Below, piece by piece: positions 1 to 10,173 of a DNA stretch of 56,853 nucleotides (within the stretch, counting starts at the first letter, position 1; the number at the start of each line of letters is the position of its first letter). Source of the DNA: Minisyncoccota bacterium (GTDB lineage Bacteria; Patescibacteriota; Minisyncoccia; JAHIHE01; JAGLIN01); contig JAGLIM010000036.1 in NCBI GenBank assembly GCA_023142995.1, forward strand, positions 1-56,853, read 5' to 3'. The notes below the pieces were generated by a model. It worked only from the letters and a program-made list of their open reading frames with translations. It searched no databases and was not told where the DNA came from. The translations under genes and the position numbers were made by a program.

Positions 1-168
1 GCAACACTTTTTGTCCTTTAAACCCTAAGTTTAGTGTTAAAAGTAAAATAACAGAAAAAAATCAGTCTGTCAATTTCCTCGTTATTTCCTTAACAAAAAA
101 TTAACAAACAGTTTTATCATTATAATATATAGGAAGCTCTAAAAAACTATCAAAATATAAATTTAAGT

Positions 169-609
169 CTACCACGTTAATTTTATTGCTCTGGAAGTTT
201 CTGCGTACACACCCAAAGATCTAATTCCTAAAAATTCTGTACCAGTAATATCAATCCTAGTAACCGTATATGAAACTTCTTGCGGAGAAGAGCTTATTAT
301 TTTTGACATAATTACTGGATTTGTGATTATATCAAAATCATTAATATTGATCTTGTTCGGACTTAAAAGAGGTTGTCTAATTCCCCATAAAGTTCTTTCT
401 GCTCCCATATCTGCATAATAATATGCCTGCACCGAATGAAGAGAACTTCTTAAATTAGCTGTTTGTTTTGTTGTCATATTTACTAAAAACAAAGTCATAA
501 ACAAAAGAATTGACATAACAACAAAAACAACAAATATTGCAACTTGTCCATTTTGATTTTCCATATTTCTACTGAAATTATTAATTTTCATATTGATTTT
601 AATTTTCAT
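169..609 (-). CDS. PilX-like pilus assembly / minor pilin-associated protein (hypothetical)
   Basis: 146-aa ORF at the end of the minor-pilin gene string, overlapping the upstream pilin gene by 11 nt. Single N-terminal hydrophobic helix GQVAIFVVFVVMSILLFMTLFLV with no G|F..E cleavage site, as in PilX-type proteins. Assignment rests on context and topology only. Confidence 0.4.
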   Translation of the reverse strand: MKIKINMKINNFSRNMENQNGQVAIFVVFVVMSILLFMTLFLVNMTTKQTANLRSSLHSVQAYYYADMGAERTLWGIRQPLLSPNKININDFDIITNPVIMSKIISSSPQEVSYTVTRIDITGTEFLGIRSLGVYAETSRAIKLTW

Positions 610-1162
610 ATATTCTCAGAGATACACTGGTTTGCAAATCTATTTTACTCTGAAACTTTCCCTTAGACCTTAAGCTTAACGATACAGTAACAAACCGCTG
701 TAACTGTGTATCAAAATTGTTAACATAAAATATTAAATTTTCAACAATTACATCGTCAGAACTTATTCTCTTATTGTTTATCGCAAAATAATCTCCAGTT
801 GCATCACAAACACCGTCTATATCTGAACGGCAATATTTTCTATCTGTTCCTCCCGAATCTTTAAATTCAAGAAAATCGTCTTTTTGAAGTTTTTGAACAT
901 CACCATTAGTATAATCATTCTCTGGTAAATCACTTGCCATTCTTAATTCTCTTGAAAGTGTTTCCATCAAATAGCCTCCTTCTCTTTGTACTAAAAATAA
1001 CTCAATTGTTTTTCTTTGATAATTACTGCCTCCAACAAATATACCAAGCGCAATTGACATTACCAAAGAAAATAGCCCCAAAGAAACAAGCATTTCAATT
1101 AATGTAAATCCTTTTTGTTTTTTTTCTTTGGCAATTTTTAATAAAAAGCAACTTTCGTTCAT
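599..1162 (-). CDS. prepilin-type N-terminal cleavage/methylation domain protein (minor pilin, PilW-like)
   Basis: Class III signal: leader MNESCFLLKIAKEKKQKG followed by FTLIEMLVSLGLFSLVMSIALGIF (G-1, F+1, E+5, hydrophobic helix). Confidence 0.7.
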   Translation of the reverse strand: MNESCFLLKIAKEKKQKGFTLIEMLVSLGLFSLVMSIALGIFVGGSNYQRKTIELFLVQREGGYLMETLSRELRMASDLPENDYTNGDVQKLQKDDFLEFKDSGGTDRKYCRSDIDGVCDATGDYFAINNKRISSDDVIVENLIFYVNNFDTQLQRFVTVSLSLRSKGKFQSKIDLQTSVSLRIYEN

Positions 1163-1180
1163 AATATTTATTATATAATT

Positions 1181-1801
1181 TTAATACCACTGCCCATAGA
1201 GATAAGCTGTTATCTCAGCAAGTTTAACATCGTCAAATATAACAGCAGATTTAACGCGCAAACAATAATCTCCAGTATCAGCTTCACACTTACTTCCTCC
1301 TCCTGTTCCCTTTTTTATACTTAGAACTCTTGAAAAACCAGTATCAGTATAGTCTGCAAAGCCTGATAGATCTACATCACTTTGGACATAATATTTTTCT
1401 GTATTATGAAGATATATTCTTTTTTTAATTCCAGATATATCAGAAAGAATCCATCCGCTGAGAAGATCTGTCTGGTCAATATCACCATCTGGCTCAGAAT
1501 CTGTTATGATTGGAACTTCTTTATTATTATCAATACCAGTTAACCAGTCACTACCAATAAAAAAATTATTATCTCTTATTTGTCTTACAACTTCAATCCC
1601 TTCCTGCGCAAGATATATTGCGATCACCTTGTTTTTATTTTTTATCTCGTTTTTAAGATTAAAACTCAGAAGATTAACGATAGAAACAATTCCAACCGTT
1701 ATGATCCCAATTGCAATAATAACTTCTATTAGACTGAAGCCATCTGATTCTAATTGTCTTTTTTTAAAATCAATTCTTGTTATTTTTGAAATAATTTTCA
1801 T
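1181..1801 (-). CDS. prepilin-type N-terminal cleavage/methylation domain protein (minor pilin, PilV-like)
   Basis: ...QLESDG|FSLIEVIIAIGIITVGIVSIVNLL class III signal with E+5. Sits inside the minor-pilin gene string. Confidence 0.7.
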   Translation of the reverse strand: MKIISKITRIDFKKRQLESDGFSLIEVIIAIGIITVGIVSIVNLLSFNLKNEIKNKNKVIAIYLAQEGIEVVRQIRDNNFFIGSDWLTGIDNNKEVPIITDSEPDGDIDQTDLLSGWILSDISGIKKRIYLHNTEKYYVQSDVDLSGFADYTDTGFSRVLSIKKGTGGGSKCEADTGDYCLRVKSAVIFDDVKLAEITAYLYGQWY

Positions 1802-1842
1802 TATATCAACATTATTTTTATTATATTAAATCTTTTGTATAA

Positions 1843-2769
1843 CTATTTTTCAATTAAGCCAGACCCATAAATTGATATACTTTTAGTATCATTTCTATTG
1901 TTTTTTACTGTTATAATAATTTCTTCATTTAGATCAGAAGTCCCATCAAAAAATACCTTACCATATGGGGGTTTAAACACAATATTAATAGTATTTGGTG
2001 TACCTGCAGAAGAAACTACAGAGATCTCTGAAAGATCAGATCTTTGTGGAAGTTCGATCTCTTGATACATTTCAATGGGAGCATCGTAAATACCATCACT
2101 GTCTAAATCGGCGAATACTATATATTCATCTGAATTACCTTTATCAAAATATATTCCATAACCACCATCAGGAAACGTTCCGTTATGCTTTAATAACCTA
2201 AACGAATAATCTTGAACCATTTTAGCATCATTGATTATTTGACTTTCAGCTAAATGTAAAGCCTTTTTATCAATAGATTCAAAATAACTTGGCACATTTA
2301 CAGCCACCATCACACTAACAATAGCCATCACCACAATTAGTTCAAGCAATGTAAAGCCACTATTAGAATTTTGAATTTTGAATTTTGAATTTTGAATATC
2401 TTTTGATTTTTTTATTAGACCGTTTAGAAGCTTATGAACTATAACTGACTTATCAGCAATATTATCAAAATCTTGCTCATTGATATAATTTATATCTCTT
2501 GCAACTAATAACTGACTTTGAACTTCTGTTAGAGAACCTCTGGCTATAGAATAAAATTGAATTTTCTCTTTATAGGTTTGCCTTGAAAAACCTTCTGCAA
2601 TATTAGATGTTATGGAAATTGCAGCTCTTCTAATTTGGCTTGTTAACCCAAATATTTCTTCTTTTGGAAAGTTTTTAGTGATTTTATAAATCATTAATAC
2701 TAATTGATGCGCTTCTTTCCAAGCGTTTAAATCTGTAAATGATTCTATTCTCTTTGAATTGTCATTCAT
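1843..2769 (-). CDS. in-frame fusion: four-helix-bundle (23S rRNA intervening-sequence type, TIGR02436-like) protein + GspH/FimT-like minor prepilin
   Basis: Residues 1 to about 125 (FTDLNAWKEAHQLVLMIYKITKNFPKEEIFGLTSQIRRAAISITSNIAEGFSRQ...GSLTEVQSQLL) match the four-helix-bundle family consensus. A KFKIQNS linker encoded by (GAATTTT)n follows. Next comes SG|FTLLELIVVMAIVSVMVAV (G-1, F+1, E+5) and a pilin-like globular part. No in-frame ATG/GTG/TTG lies near the pilin signal. Confidence 0.75.
   Translation of the reverse strand: MNDNSKRIESFTDLNAWKEAHQLVLMIYKITKNFPKEEIFGLTSQIRRAAISITSNIAEGFSRQTYKEKIQFYSIARGSLTEVQSQLLVARDINYINEQDFDNIADKSVIVHKLLNGLIKKSKDIQNSKFKIQNSNSGFTLLELIVVMAIVSVMVAVNVPSYFESIDKKALHLAESQIINDAKMVQDYSFRLLKHNGTFPDGGYGIYFDKGNSDEYIVFADLDSDGIYDAPIEMYQEIELPQRSDLSEISVVSSAGTPNTINIVFKPPYGKVFFDGTSDLNEEIIITVKNNRNDTKSISIYGSGLIEK
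2366..2397 (-). repeat. (GAATTTT)4.5 heptamer tandem repeat, 3' arm of the cassette bracketing the four-helix-bundle ORF
   Basis: Direct reading. Encodes the KFKIQNSKFKIQNS linker. Imperfectly complementary (17/20) to 2770-2789 just upstream of the ORF start. Confidence 0.85.
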
Positions 2770-2797
2770 AATTCTAAATTCAATATTCCAAATAATT

Positions 2798-4003
2798 TTA
2801 AATCATTGTTGTCATTTGGTAGATTGGCATTAGGATTGATGCTACTAGGGCTGCTACTGCGCCACCAAGAACAAATATCATTATAGGTTCTATTATTGCA
2901 GTTAAACCGTCTATAGCAATATCAACTTCTTTTGTATAAAAGTCTGCAATATCTTTTAATACAACATCCAACTTTCCTGTTTTCTCGCCAACTCTTATCA
3001 TTTTTGGAACCAAATTTGGCAATACATCACTTCTTTCAAAAGTATAAGCAATTGAACCACCGATCTTTACTTCATCTATACTGCTATAAATTAATTTTTT
3101 ATATACATTATTACCAACAACATCACCAGATATTTGTAAAGCGCTTATGATCGGAATACCACTAGATATTAACATTGAAAGATTTTCTGCAAATCTTGCT
3201 ACATAGAACTTTTTAATGATCGTATTGAACTGAGGTATTTTTAATATCAAAGCATCTACTTTGTTTTTACCACTGGTAGTCTGAACATATTTTTTAAACA
3301 AATAAGCTCCTACAATGACCGCTATAAAGATCAAAATTATATGATTTTTTATAATATCACTTGTAAGAATTAATATTTTGGTAGGAAGTGGTAATTCCTG
3401 ATCAGTTCCTTCAAATACACTTACAAGCTGAGGTACTACAAATGCCATCATTCCAACACCAACTAAAGCAAACCCTCCTAATATTACTGCAGGATACATT
3501 AAAGCACTTTTTACTTTGCTTGAGAGTAAATATTGTTTTTCAATATAATCTGACAGATGAAGAAGAGATTCTTGCATTCTTCCAGAGGCTTCTCCTGATT
3601 TAACAATACTTATAAAAAAGTTAGAGAACACATTTGGAAATTTTGACAAAGCAGTAGAAAACGGAACACCATCTTCTACCATATTTGATATTTTGAAAAT
3701 ATGTTCTTTAAAAAACAAATTTTCTTCCTGTTCATATTGCATTCGGAGTGATTCAACCAAAGGAACTCCTGCCATTAAAAGGATTGAAAGTTCCTTCGCA
3801 AATATTGTGATCTTCTTGTGATTAACTCTATTAATCGCATTTAAATATTTCTTGAATGAAAAAAATTCTTTTGTCTCAGTGATTGACATAACAACAAGTT
3901 TGTGTTTTTGCAATAATTCAATAGCTCTTTCTTTGCTTCCAGCCTCAATCTTTCCAATTTGCTCTGTTCCACTAACAGATATTGCCCTATATTTAAATTT
4001 CAT
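2798..4003 (-). CDS. pilC: type IV pilus platform protein PilC (GspF/T2SS F family)
   Basis: 401 aa with two T2SS-F repeats, each carrying the GE.(S/T)G.(M/L) signature (GEASGRMQESL and GEKTGKLDVVL), plus the expected three TM segments. Confidence 0.9.
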   Translation of the reverse strand: MKFKYRAISVSGTEQIGKIEAGSKERAIELLQKHKLVVMSITETKEFFSFKKYLNAINRVNHKKITIFAKELSILLMAGVPLVESLRMQYEQEENLFFKEHIFKISNMVEDGVPFSTALSKFPNVFSNFFISIVKSGEASGRMQESLLHLSDYIEKQYLLSSKVKSALMYPAVILGGFALVGVGMMAFVVPQLVSVFEGTDQELPLPTKILILTSDIIKNHIILIFIAVIVGAYLFKKYVQTTSGKNKVDALILKIPQFNTIIKKFYVARFAENLSMLISSGIPIISALQISGDVVGNNVYKKLIYSSIDEVKIGGSIAYTFERSDVLPNLVPKMIRVGEKTGKLDVVLKDIADFYTKEVDIAIDGLTAIIEPIMIFVLGGAVAALVASILMPIYQMTTMI

Positions 4004-4008
4004 ATTTT

Positions 4009-7000
4009 TTAATTAGAAGACGAAACTTCATTCCATTTTGGATATTTTCTACCTTCAAATGGTATATTTTTTCTTTTCGGACATGATTGTCCTGAAATAT
4101 CTTGCCTATACAAAATTACTGTATAGAAATCTTTTTTTGATTCAATATAAATATTTATTGGATCTTCTTCTATGCTATCTATCGTCGCATTATCATAGAA
4201 ATCCCACTGTCTAATGATAGTCTCAATGCACTTGCCATTATCATCACACTGGAAGCCACCGTCACAATCTGTATCATCTTCACAAGGAGAACAAACTGTA
4301 GAATTGCATTTGAAAAGATCTAATGTCTTACAAGGCGTTCCGACAGAACACTCAAAAGTCCCAGATGGTAAGCAAACTCCAGTGACACAAGTATAATCAC
4401 CGAATTTAGTACATTGTGAAGAATCAGTACAAGCGTCACAATCATTATCACTATTGCACATTGCCTTATCCGAATAAAGACACTGACTATCGTTTAAACA
4501 CTCAACAACATTTGAAATATCTTCAAAATGAATTTCCTCTCCAAAAGAACATCGACTAGTTACATCTTCGCCCTCATCATAAGCACACTGATCAGAATCA
4601 TCATTCACTGCAACAAAATCTACATCAGGATATTCATGAGGCGGAGTCGTAAACAAAGGACCATGACCATTCGGCGATCCCCAATCCGAAACTTTTTCAA
4701 GACCTCCAGACTTATCATCCGTAACTCGAACTCTCCAATAATATGTTTTACCACCATATTCTAAATCAACGCTTTTAATTTCATAGAAAGAAGTAGCATC
4801 TGGGTCTGTGATCCAATTATCAGCAACCACGATCTCGGTTGCTTCGTTAGATATTATTTCTCTGATCCCATTATCAGTTCCAGTGCCGCCTACTATTTCT
4901 ATAGTTCCACCTTGCCATTCATTTTTGATCCAAGTTGCATCATCATCAAATAACTTTTTAACGCCCGAAGATTTAACTGTATCTGATCTCATATTTCCAC
5001 CAGATTGAACAAAATGATATTCGCTATTTCCACCTTTATAATTCAATATTAATGGTCCGATACTAAAATCATCATTAGCTTCTTTTACTTGTATCTCATA
5101 ATATTTTTGACTATCTGTCAAATCATCATCAGTAAACTCCCATTCTAATTTATAATTGAAACTTCCACCACAAAGTTGAGGTTCAACAACTATAAGATTC
5201 TCTACAGTTGGAACTCTGTTTGTATCTATTATAGATATGCTGTACTCATTCGTACATCTATAATTATGATTAACTGAATTATCAGTTGCACAAGATCTAT
5301 ATTTAAATGTTTTATTCGCACTCAGGAATGTAGTATTTATTAAATCTTTTTTCACTTTGATAACATAGCTAGAAGTAGCATCGGGAATAGGAGCATGACT
5401 CCAATTAGAATCTGCTGTTATTGTCTGCTCTGTGTTTGATGATATTGTTTTTAATTCAGTAGTGGCATCTGCATAAGTAATTTCAATAGTTCCTCCAGCC
5501 CATTCACCTATGATCCAATCTTTATCATTAACAGTAATAGTATCTGCTCCTGCAGAAAACACTTGACCATTATTTTCATTTTCACAATCTCCTCCAGAAA
5601 TACAAACATTACAAATCCCTCCGCTACACGCGTTATTCTCTGTAGTAGTCCAATCATCCACAGTCCATTCAATAGATGACTGAAGAATATTACTATCATC
5701 AAAACTATCAGTTGATATTGTAAACTTATTTTCAACAGTGCTAATATCTGAATCATTTATATTTCCAGAAATATTAGTAAGTTTATTTCCTTCAGTTATA
5801 ACTACAGTTGGTATTGTGGTATAACCAGACCCACCATCACTAATATTTATGGCAGAAATCACACCGTCAGTATCAATTACAGAAGTAGCGCTTGCACCAG
5901 TTCCATCGCCAATTATTGTTATAGTAGGCGCCGTAACATAATTTAACCCTCCTGTAAAAGTGATATTACTCACACTTCCACCTAACAATTCTGCAATCGC
6001 AGTTGCTTGAGTTATGTCAATTCTCAACGATTGCGCATCAACAGTAACGCTATTGACTATTCCATCACATTTATTTGCTGCATTATCAAAAGCGCCATTA
6101 CAATCATTATCAATACCATCATTACAAACTTGCCAATGAAGAGGAACATTTCCTGTTAGACCGCTTGAACTAGTGCTATGATATTTCTTCCAGCTAGGTC
6201 CATTGGGACTGCTTAATGCTCCATCATTCCCATTTATAGAACTATCTGTAACAGTTCCACCAGAACCTTTATCAAGGTTCCAATGTCCAATCAAATTTGT
6301 ATTATCAAAAAATATACCATCATACTGATCTGCTATTTCTTGACCAGACAAAACACGATCATAAATTCTTACATCATCCATCAGACCATTATAATATCTA
6401 TTATCACCAATAACTCTTCTGCCAAGAAGAACGGGATTTGAAGATGAGTTAATATTTCCATTCTTTAACTCACTTTTAGATAAAGTACCATCAACATAAA
6501 TTTTTACTTCATAACCATTATAAGTTCCAACTAGATGATGCCATTGATTTTGTGTTAACGGATTATCAGCAACTGCTTGAGTAAAAGAATCAGTATATAC
6601 TCTCATTCTAGGTTTTTCATCGTTTTTAATTCCAAGCATATAACTCTCTTCGTTCATTAATGGTCCTTTTGTGATTATTCCTACATCACTATTTTGATCA
6701 CCTATATAAACCCACGCCACGCACGAAATATTATTTCCCGTAATATCTAAACTTGAGCTATTAGGAATTTCCACATAGTCATCTACTCCATCAAATTCAA
6801 GTGATGAATATGTTTTTTCTTCAATGTCATAACCTCCACAATCACAGTTACAAACTGTATCATTACCATCAAAATCACTGGCAATAGAACAATCTATATC
6901 TGTTGCAGCAGCAATAATCCCGCAAACTCCAAGATCACATCCTTTATTAGTTAGATATTTTCCATCTGTTCCTCCACAAGAATCGAAACCTATTCCTGCT

Positions 7001-10000
7001 AGATCGGGAACACAAAATCCAGCAGTACATTCATTTCCACCACGACAACCAGTATAAAAAGGAGAACAAGATGGTCCACCACCACAAGTTACACCGTCTG
7101 CTTTCAGATTTGGCGTCCAAACTGTTCCAGTACATGTATCAGTATAGCATTCAGAATTAAACAAGTTTGGATTGCTAATTGCAGCATTACAAACTCCACC
7201 ACAACATTCTCCAGTAACTGAAGCATTTTCTCCACATCCAGTTAAAGGATCTTGATCTGCCGCAGTATCCGTGTTCACAATATGATAAGTAACAGGATCA
7301 TCAATAACTATATTTGAACAATCACTATCTAAAACGACAAAATTATAAGTATCAGTTGTTTCAGTATTAGTGTTAATATCAGTTCCTATCGCATAAAAGC
7401 TAAAGGTTTGACCTATGTCAGAATACGCTAATGTTTTTTCTGCTTGACACGTACACGTAAATGCTCCAGCACAATTACATGTTTTAAAAATTGATCCATC
7501 TAAATATACTACAATATTATCAACACCGCTTGTATCACTAGCTGAGGTTCTAATTAAAACATTTTTAGTTTCATAAACACTTCCTGGATCAATTGTGATA
7601 TTAGCATCACCTGCTATAAATGAATCGCTAACATCATATGCCAAATCATCAGACGAATATGAATTAATCCAATCAAAACTAGTAAAAACACTATCACAGA
7701 TAGAACTTGTATTAGTAGATACAAGATTGCAAGTACCAGTCCTTCCACCAACACATGAATAATTTGCTAATCTCAATGGTTCACTATTATATCCACAATA
7801 ATCATTACTTTTGGCTTTATCAGTATCCTTTGCTTTACAGTAACCATTATAACATCTAAGATTTCTGATCTCACATCCTCCTTCTGGCGGATTAAAATAA
7901 GTATATGATTCACCAAATAAATCTGGCGGATTAGCATACGACTCTTGATAGGAATAACAACCACTATCATAATCAGTTCCACCTGAATTAAAAACGCAAG
8001 ATGGATTACCAACAAGTGTTGGATCAGGTTCTAATTCTAACCTTATTCCATTACAAGTTTTTCTTGTACACTCATCTTCATCGTAAGGACCTTCGGGACC
8101 ACTGTTATATGCAGATGTATTGCACACATTTCCACAACATTGACCGCCTGTACAAACAGAAAGATCAGCGCCTGTACATTCAGAACTTTTAATCAAAAAT
8201 GATTTAGTTGCTGAAGTTGAAGAAATATCATTTCCGGAATTATCAGTGACCACAGTTCTAAATTCAATTATCGTTCCAGGTGAATATGAAGAAATATCAA
8301 TTGGACTTGATGTCACACTGTCCATAGTCTGACCATCACCATCACATTTTCCAGAAGGCGAGGCAATATCAATACAATTATACTTTGCTATCCATCCTCC
8401 ACTATTTATATTGAATTGAACTTCATATTCTTTTATTCCATTTGAATCATTTGCCTCTGTAATTATCGTCACAGAACCAGTGAGTTCAGTAACATCAGTT
8501 CCTTCTGGAGGACTCGCTCTTTGGATTTTCGTAATAGTTGGACCTGTTCCATCACACGCAAGTGTTTCTCCTCCATCTATTAAATTATCACAATCATTAT
8601 CGATTCCATCTGAACAAGTAGGATTCCCATCACTATTATTAAAGCCAATTCCTTCTGATGGTTCATTGATCGGTAAACCAAGCGTCTGAAATACCGGACC
8701 ACTATGAAAATCACCTCCAGTTTTAACGTAATAATAAACATCTAAAGTATTATTAAGATAAGTTCCATTATATGAACAATCAATATTTAAAGGATAATTA
8801 CAGCTATAAATTGTTCCATTCAACGAACATGAAGTCATCTCTGAAGCGTTATCTTGTTCACTAACAACTCTTTCTAATGCTCCATTATCAATTCTAATAT
8901 AAAAATTATCTAAATTCGCTAAATTGGGATAATTATTAATATTAATCTTAAATTCTTGATCCACATTCCTCAACAATGCAGGTATTGTTGCAAAAACAGT
9001 AGCAACTGTAACATCTTTTACTGTTACTCCATCTATTACTTCGCTTTGGTTACTATTTGAATCAACTGCATGCGAAGAATAATCTATCTTTGTACCAGCA
9101 TTGAACAATCCTAACGATCCACTGCTACAACTTACAGATGTTCCGACAATACTACAATTGTTAATAACATTTATAGGTGCTCCAGGTGGTGTTGCTATCC
9201 ATTCAATATAATGATCACTAAAACCGAAGTTATCTGTTGCGTTTGAAACCAGTGTTAATTCATCTACATTATACAAAGTACCAGACGGAGTTCTATAGAT
9301 ACCAACAGTTGGAGATATTTCATCACAAACTGCAGAAGTTATTTTATTAACAATATTTTCTAAACTAGCATCTAAACTGCCTTCTACATAATTACAATTT
9401 TCAATTGTACTTTTCATTGTTAATCCAGGTTCATCGTCTGGACTGGCAAGAGTATAATAGCAATCGTTTGGCAAGACATATTGATTATTTATAAAACTTA
9501 TGGCGCTACCTCTTTCCCCATCATCAACAATTTCATCAAAATTAACTCCTATAGTGATCGTTCTTACCGGAGACGCAGATTCTTTCGCAATTTTCACTTC
9601 TTCAATTGCCGAAGTAATATCTATTGGACCACCGCTAACAATTAAAACTATCGTTTTTGTTGCTAAGTAGTTATCACTATTTAAAAGAAATGTCCGAGAA
9701 AGACTTATAGCATCAGTTATATTTCTTGATCCAGACAATTCAACCATAGATCCAATTACAGTTTGAATATCTTCTTTTATCTTCGTTAAAGACCAACTTG
9801 AAACATTTGAATTAAAAGTTGCTAGTCCTACTTGATGATAATCCAAGTTTTCTGCTGCTCCAAAAGCAGGAACAGTAGAAAATAACCCCGAAGGAGTCGT
9901 CCCGTCTTTGTATATAAAATCTATACTTGAATTTTTTACATCACTTAATTTAGTACCAGACATATTTGCTGAATTGTCTATTGCTAAAATAACATCAGCT

Positions 10001-10140
10001 GGTCCTTTACAAGAAGTCGTGGCAGAAGAAACTTTATTTTTATAAACACCAACAGCTGCAAACACAAAAACAATAAGTAACATAAAAAATGCTTTTCTCT
10101 TGAATTGTATTTCTTTTTTTTGTTTTTTTATATTTTTCAT
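4009..10140 (-). CDS. giant (2043 aa) membrane-anchored/secreted vWA + LamG + Cys-rich repeat protein, candidate pilus-associated adhesin (PilY1 analogue)
   Basis: N-terminal anchor FFMLLIVFVFAAVGV. vWA MIDAS-type start ILAIDNSANMSG (about 9540-10000). Metal-binding-like CxDGxDNDC motifs (CSDGIDNDCDNLIDGGE, CNDGIDNDCNGAFD). Laminin-G_3/concanavalin-like block LEFDGVDDYVEIP...WHHLVGTYNG...LMDDVRIYDRVLSGQEI (about 6330-6810). Many Cys-rich stretches and internal duplications (W.(G/N)EW.GGTIEI...). Lies between pilC and the pilO/pilN-like genes. Confidence 0.75.
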   Translation of the reverse strand: MKNIKKQKKEIQFKRKAFFMLLIVFVFAAVGVYKNKVSSATTSCKGPADVILAIDNSANMSGTKLSDVKNSSIDFIYKDGTTPSGLFSTVPAFGAAENLDYHQVGLATFNSNVSSWSLTKIKEDIQTVIGSMVELSGSRNITDAISLSRTFLLNSDNYLATKTIVLIVSGGPIDITSAIEEVKIAKESASPVRTITIGVNFDEIVDDGERGSAISFINNQYVLPNDCYYTLASPDDEPGLTMKSTIENCNYVEGSLDASLENIVNKITSAVCDEISPTVGIYRTPSGTLYNVDELTLVSNATDNFGFSDHYIEWIATPPGAPINVINNCSIVGTSVSCSSGSLGLFNAGTKIDYSSHAVDSNSNQSEVIDGVTVKDVTVATVFATIPALLRNVDQEFKININNYPNLANLDNFYIRIDNGALERVVSEQDNASEMTSCSLNGTIYSCNYPLNIDCSYNGTYLNNTLDVYYYVKTGGDFHSGPVFQTLGLPINEPSEGIGFNNSDGNPTCSDGIDNDCDNLIDGGETLACDGTGPTITKIQRASPPEGTDVTELTGSVTIITEANDSNGIKEYEVQFNINSGGWIAKYNCIDIASPSGKCDGDGQTMDSVTSSPIDISSYSPGTIIEFRTVVTDNSGNDISSTSATKSFLIKSSECTGADLSVCTGGQCCGNVCNTSAYNSGPEGPYDEDECTRKTCNGIRLELEPDPTLVGNPSCVFNSGGTDYDSGCYSYQESYANPPDLFGESYTYFNPPEGGCEIRNLRCYNGYCKAKDTDKAKSNDYCGYNSEPLRLANYSCVGGRTGTCNLVSTNTSSICDSVFTSFDWINSYSSDDLAYDVSDSFIAGDANITIDPGSVYETKNVLIRTSASDTSGVDNIVVYLDGSIFKTCNCAGAFTCTCQAEKTLAYSDIGQTFSFYAIGTDINTNTETTDTYNFVVLDSDCSNIVIDDPVTYHIVNTDTAADQDPLTGCGENASVTGECCGGVCNAAISNPNLFNSECYTDTCTGTVWTPNLKADGVTCGGGPSCSPFYTGCRGGNECTAGFCVPDLAGIGFDSCGGTDGKYLTNKGCDLGVCGIIAAATDIDCSIASDFDGNDTVCNCDCGGYDIEEKTYSSLEFDGVDDYVEIPNSSSLDITGNNISCVAWVYIGDQNSDVGIITKGPLMNEESYMLGIKNDEKPRMRVYTDSFTQAVADNPLTQNQWHHLVGTYNGYEVKIYVDGTLSKSELKNGNINSSSNPVLLGRRVIGDNRYYNGLMDDVRIYDRVLSGQEIADQYDGIFFDNTNLIGHWNLDKGSGGTVTDSSINGNDGALSSPNGPSWKKYHSTSSSGLTGNVPLHWQVCNDGIDNDCNGAFDNAANKCDGIVNSVTVDAQSLRIDITQATAIAELLGGSVSNITFTGGLNYVTAPTITIIGDGTGASATSVIDTDGVISAINISDGGSGYTTIPTVVITEGNKLTNISGNINDSDISTVENKFTISTDSFDDSNILQSSIEWTVDDWTTTENNACSGGICNVCISGGDCENENNGQVFSAGADTITVNDKDWIIGEWAGGTIEITYADATTELKTISSNTEQTITADSNWSHAPIPDATSSYVIKVKKDLINTTFLSANKTFKYRSCATDNSVNHNYRCTNEYSISIIDTNRVPTVENLIVVEPQLCGGSFNYKLEWEFTDDDLTDSQKYYEIQVKEANDDFSIGPLILNYKGGNSEYHFVQSGGNMRSDTVKSSGVKKLFDDDATWIKNEWQGGTIEIVGGTGTDNGIREIISNEATEIVVADNWITDPDATSFYEIKSVDLEYGGKTYYWRVRVTDDKSGGLEKVSDWGSPNGHGPLFTTPPHEYPDVDFVAVNDDSDQCAYDEGEDVTSRCSFGEEIHFEDISNVVECLNDSQCLYSDKAMCNSDNDCDACTDSSQCTKFGDYTCVTGVCLPSGTFECSVGTPCKTLDLFKCNSTVCSPCEDDTDCDGGFQCDDNGKCIETIIRQWDFYDNATIDSIEEDPINIYIESKKDFYTVILYRQDISGQSCPKRKNIPFEGRKYPKWNEVSSSN

Positions 10141-10173
10141 TTTTTTAAAAATAATATTTGAAAATATTGATTA

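Noticed and set aside
1506-1829. 107-aa plus-strand ORF antisense to the PilV-like pilin gene
   Set aside because: Shadow ORF inside a gene that has a clear class III signal. No start context.
5508-8015. Alternative-frame ORFs (5508-5756, 7773-8015 and others) inside the giant vWA/LamG gene
   Set aside because: Short, hydrophobic or low-complexity, and fully nested in a 6.1-kb continuous ORF with clear domain content. These are shadow ORFs.
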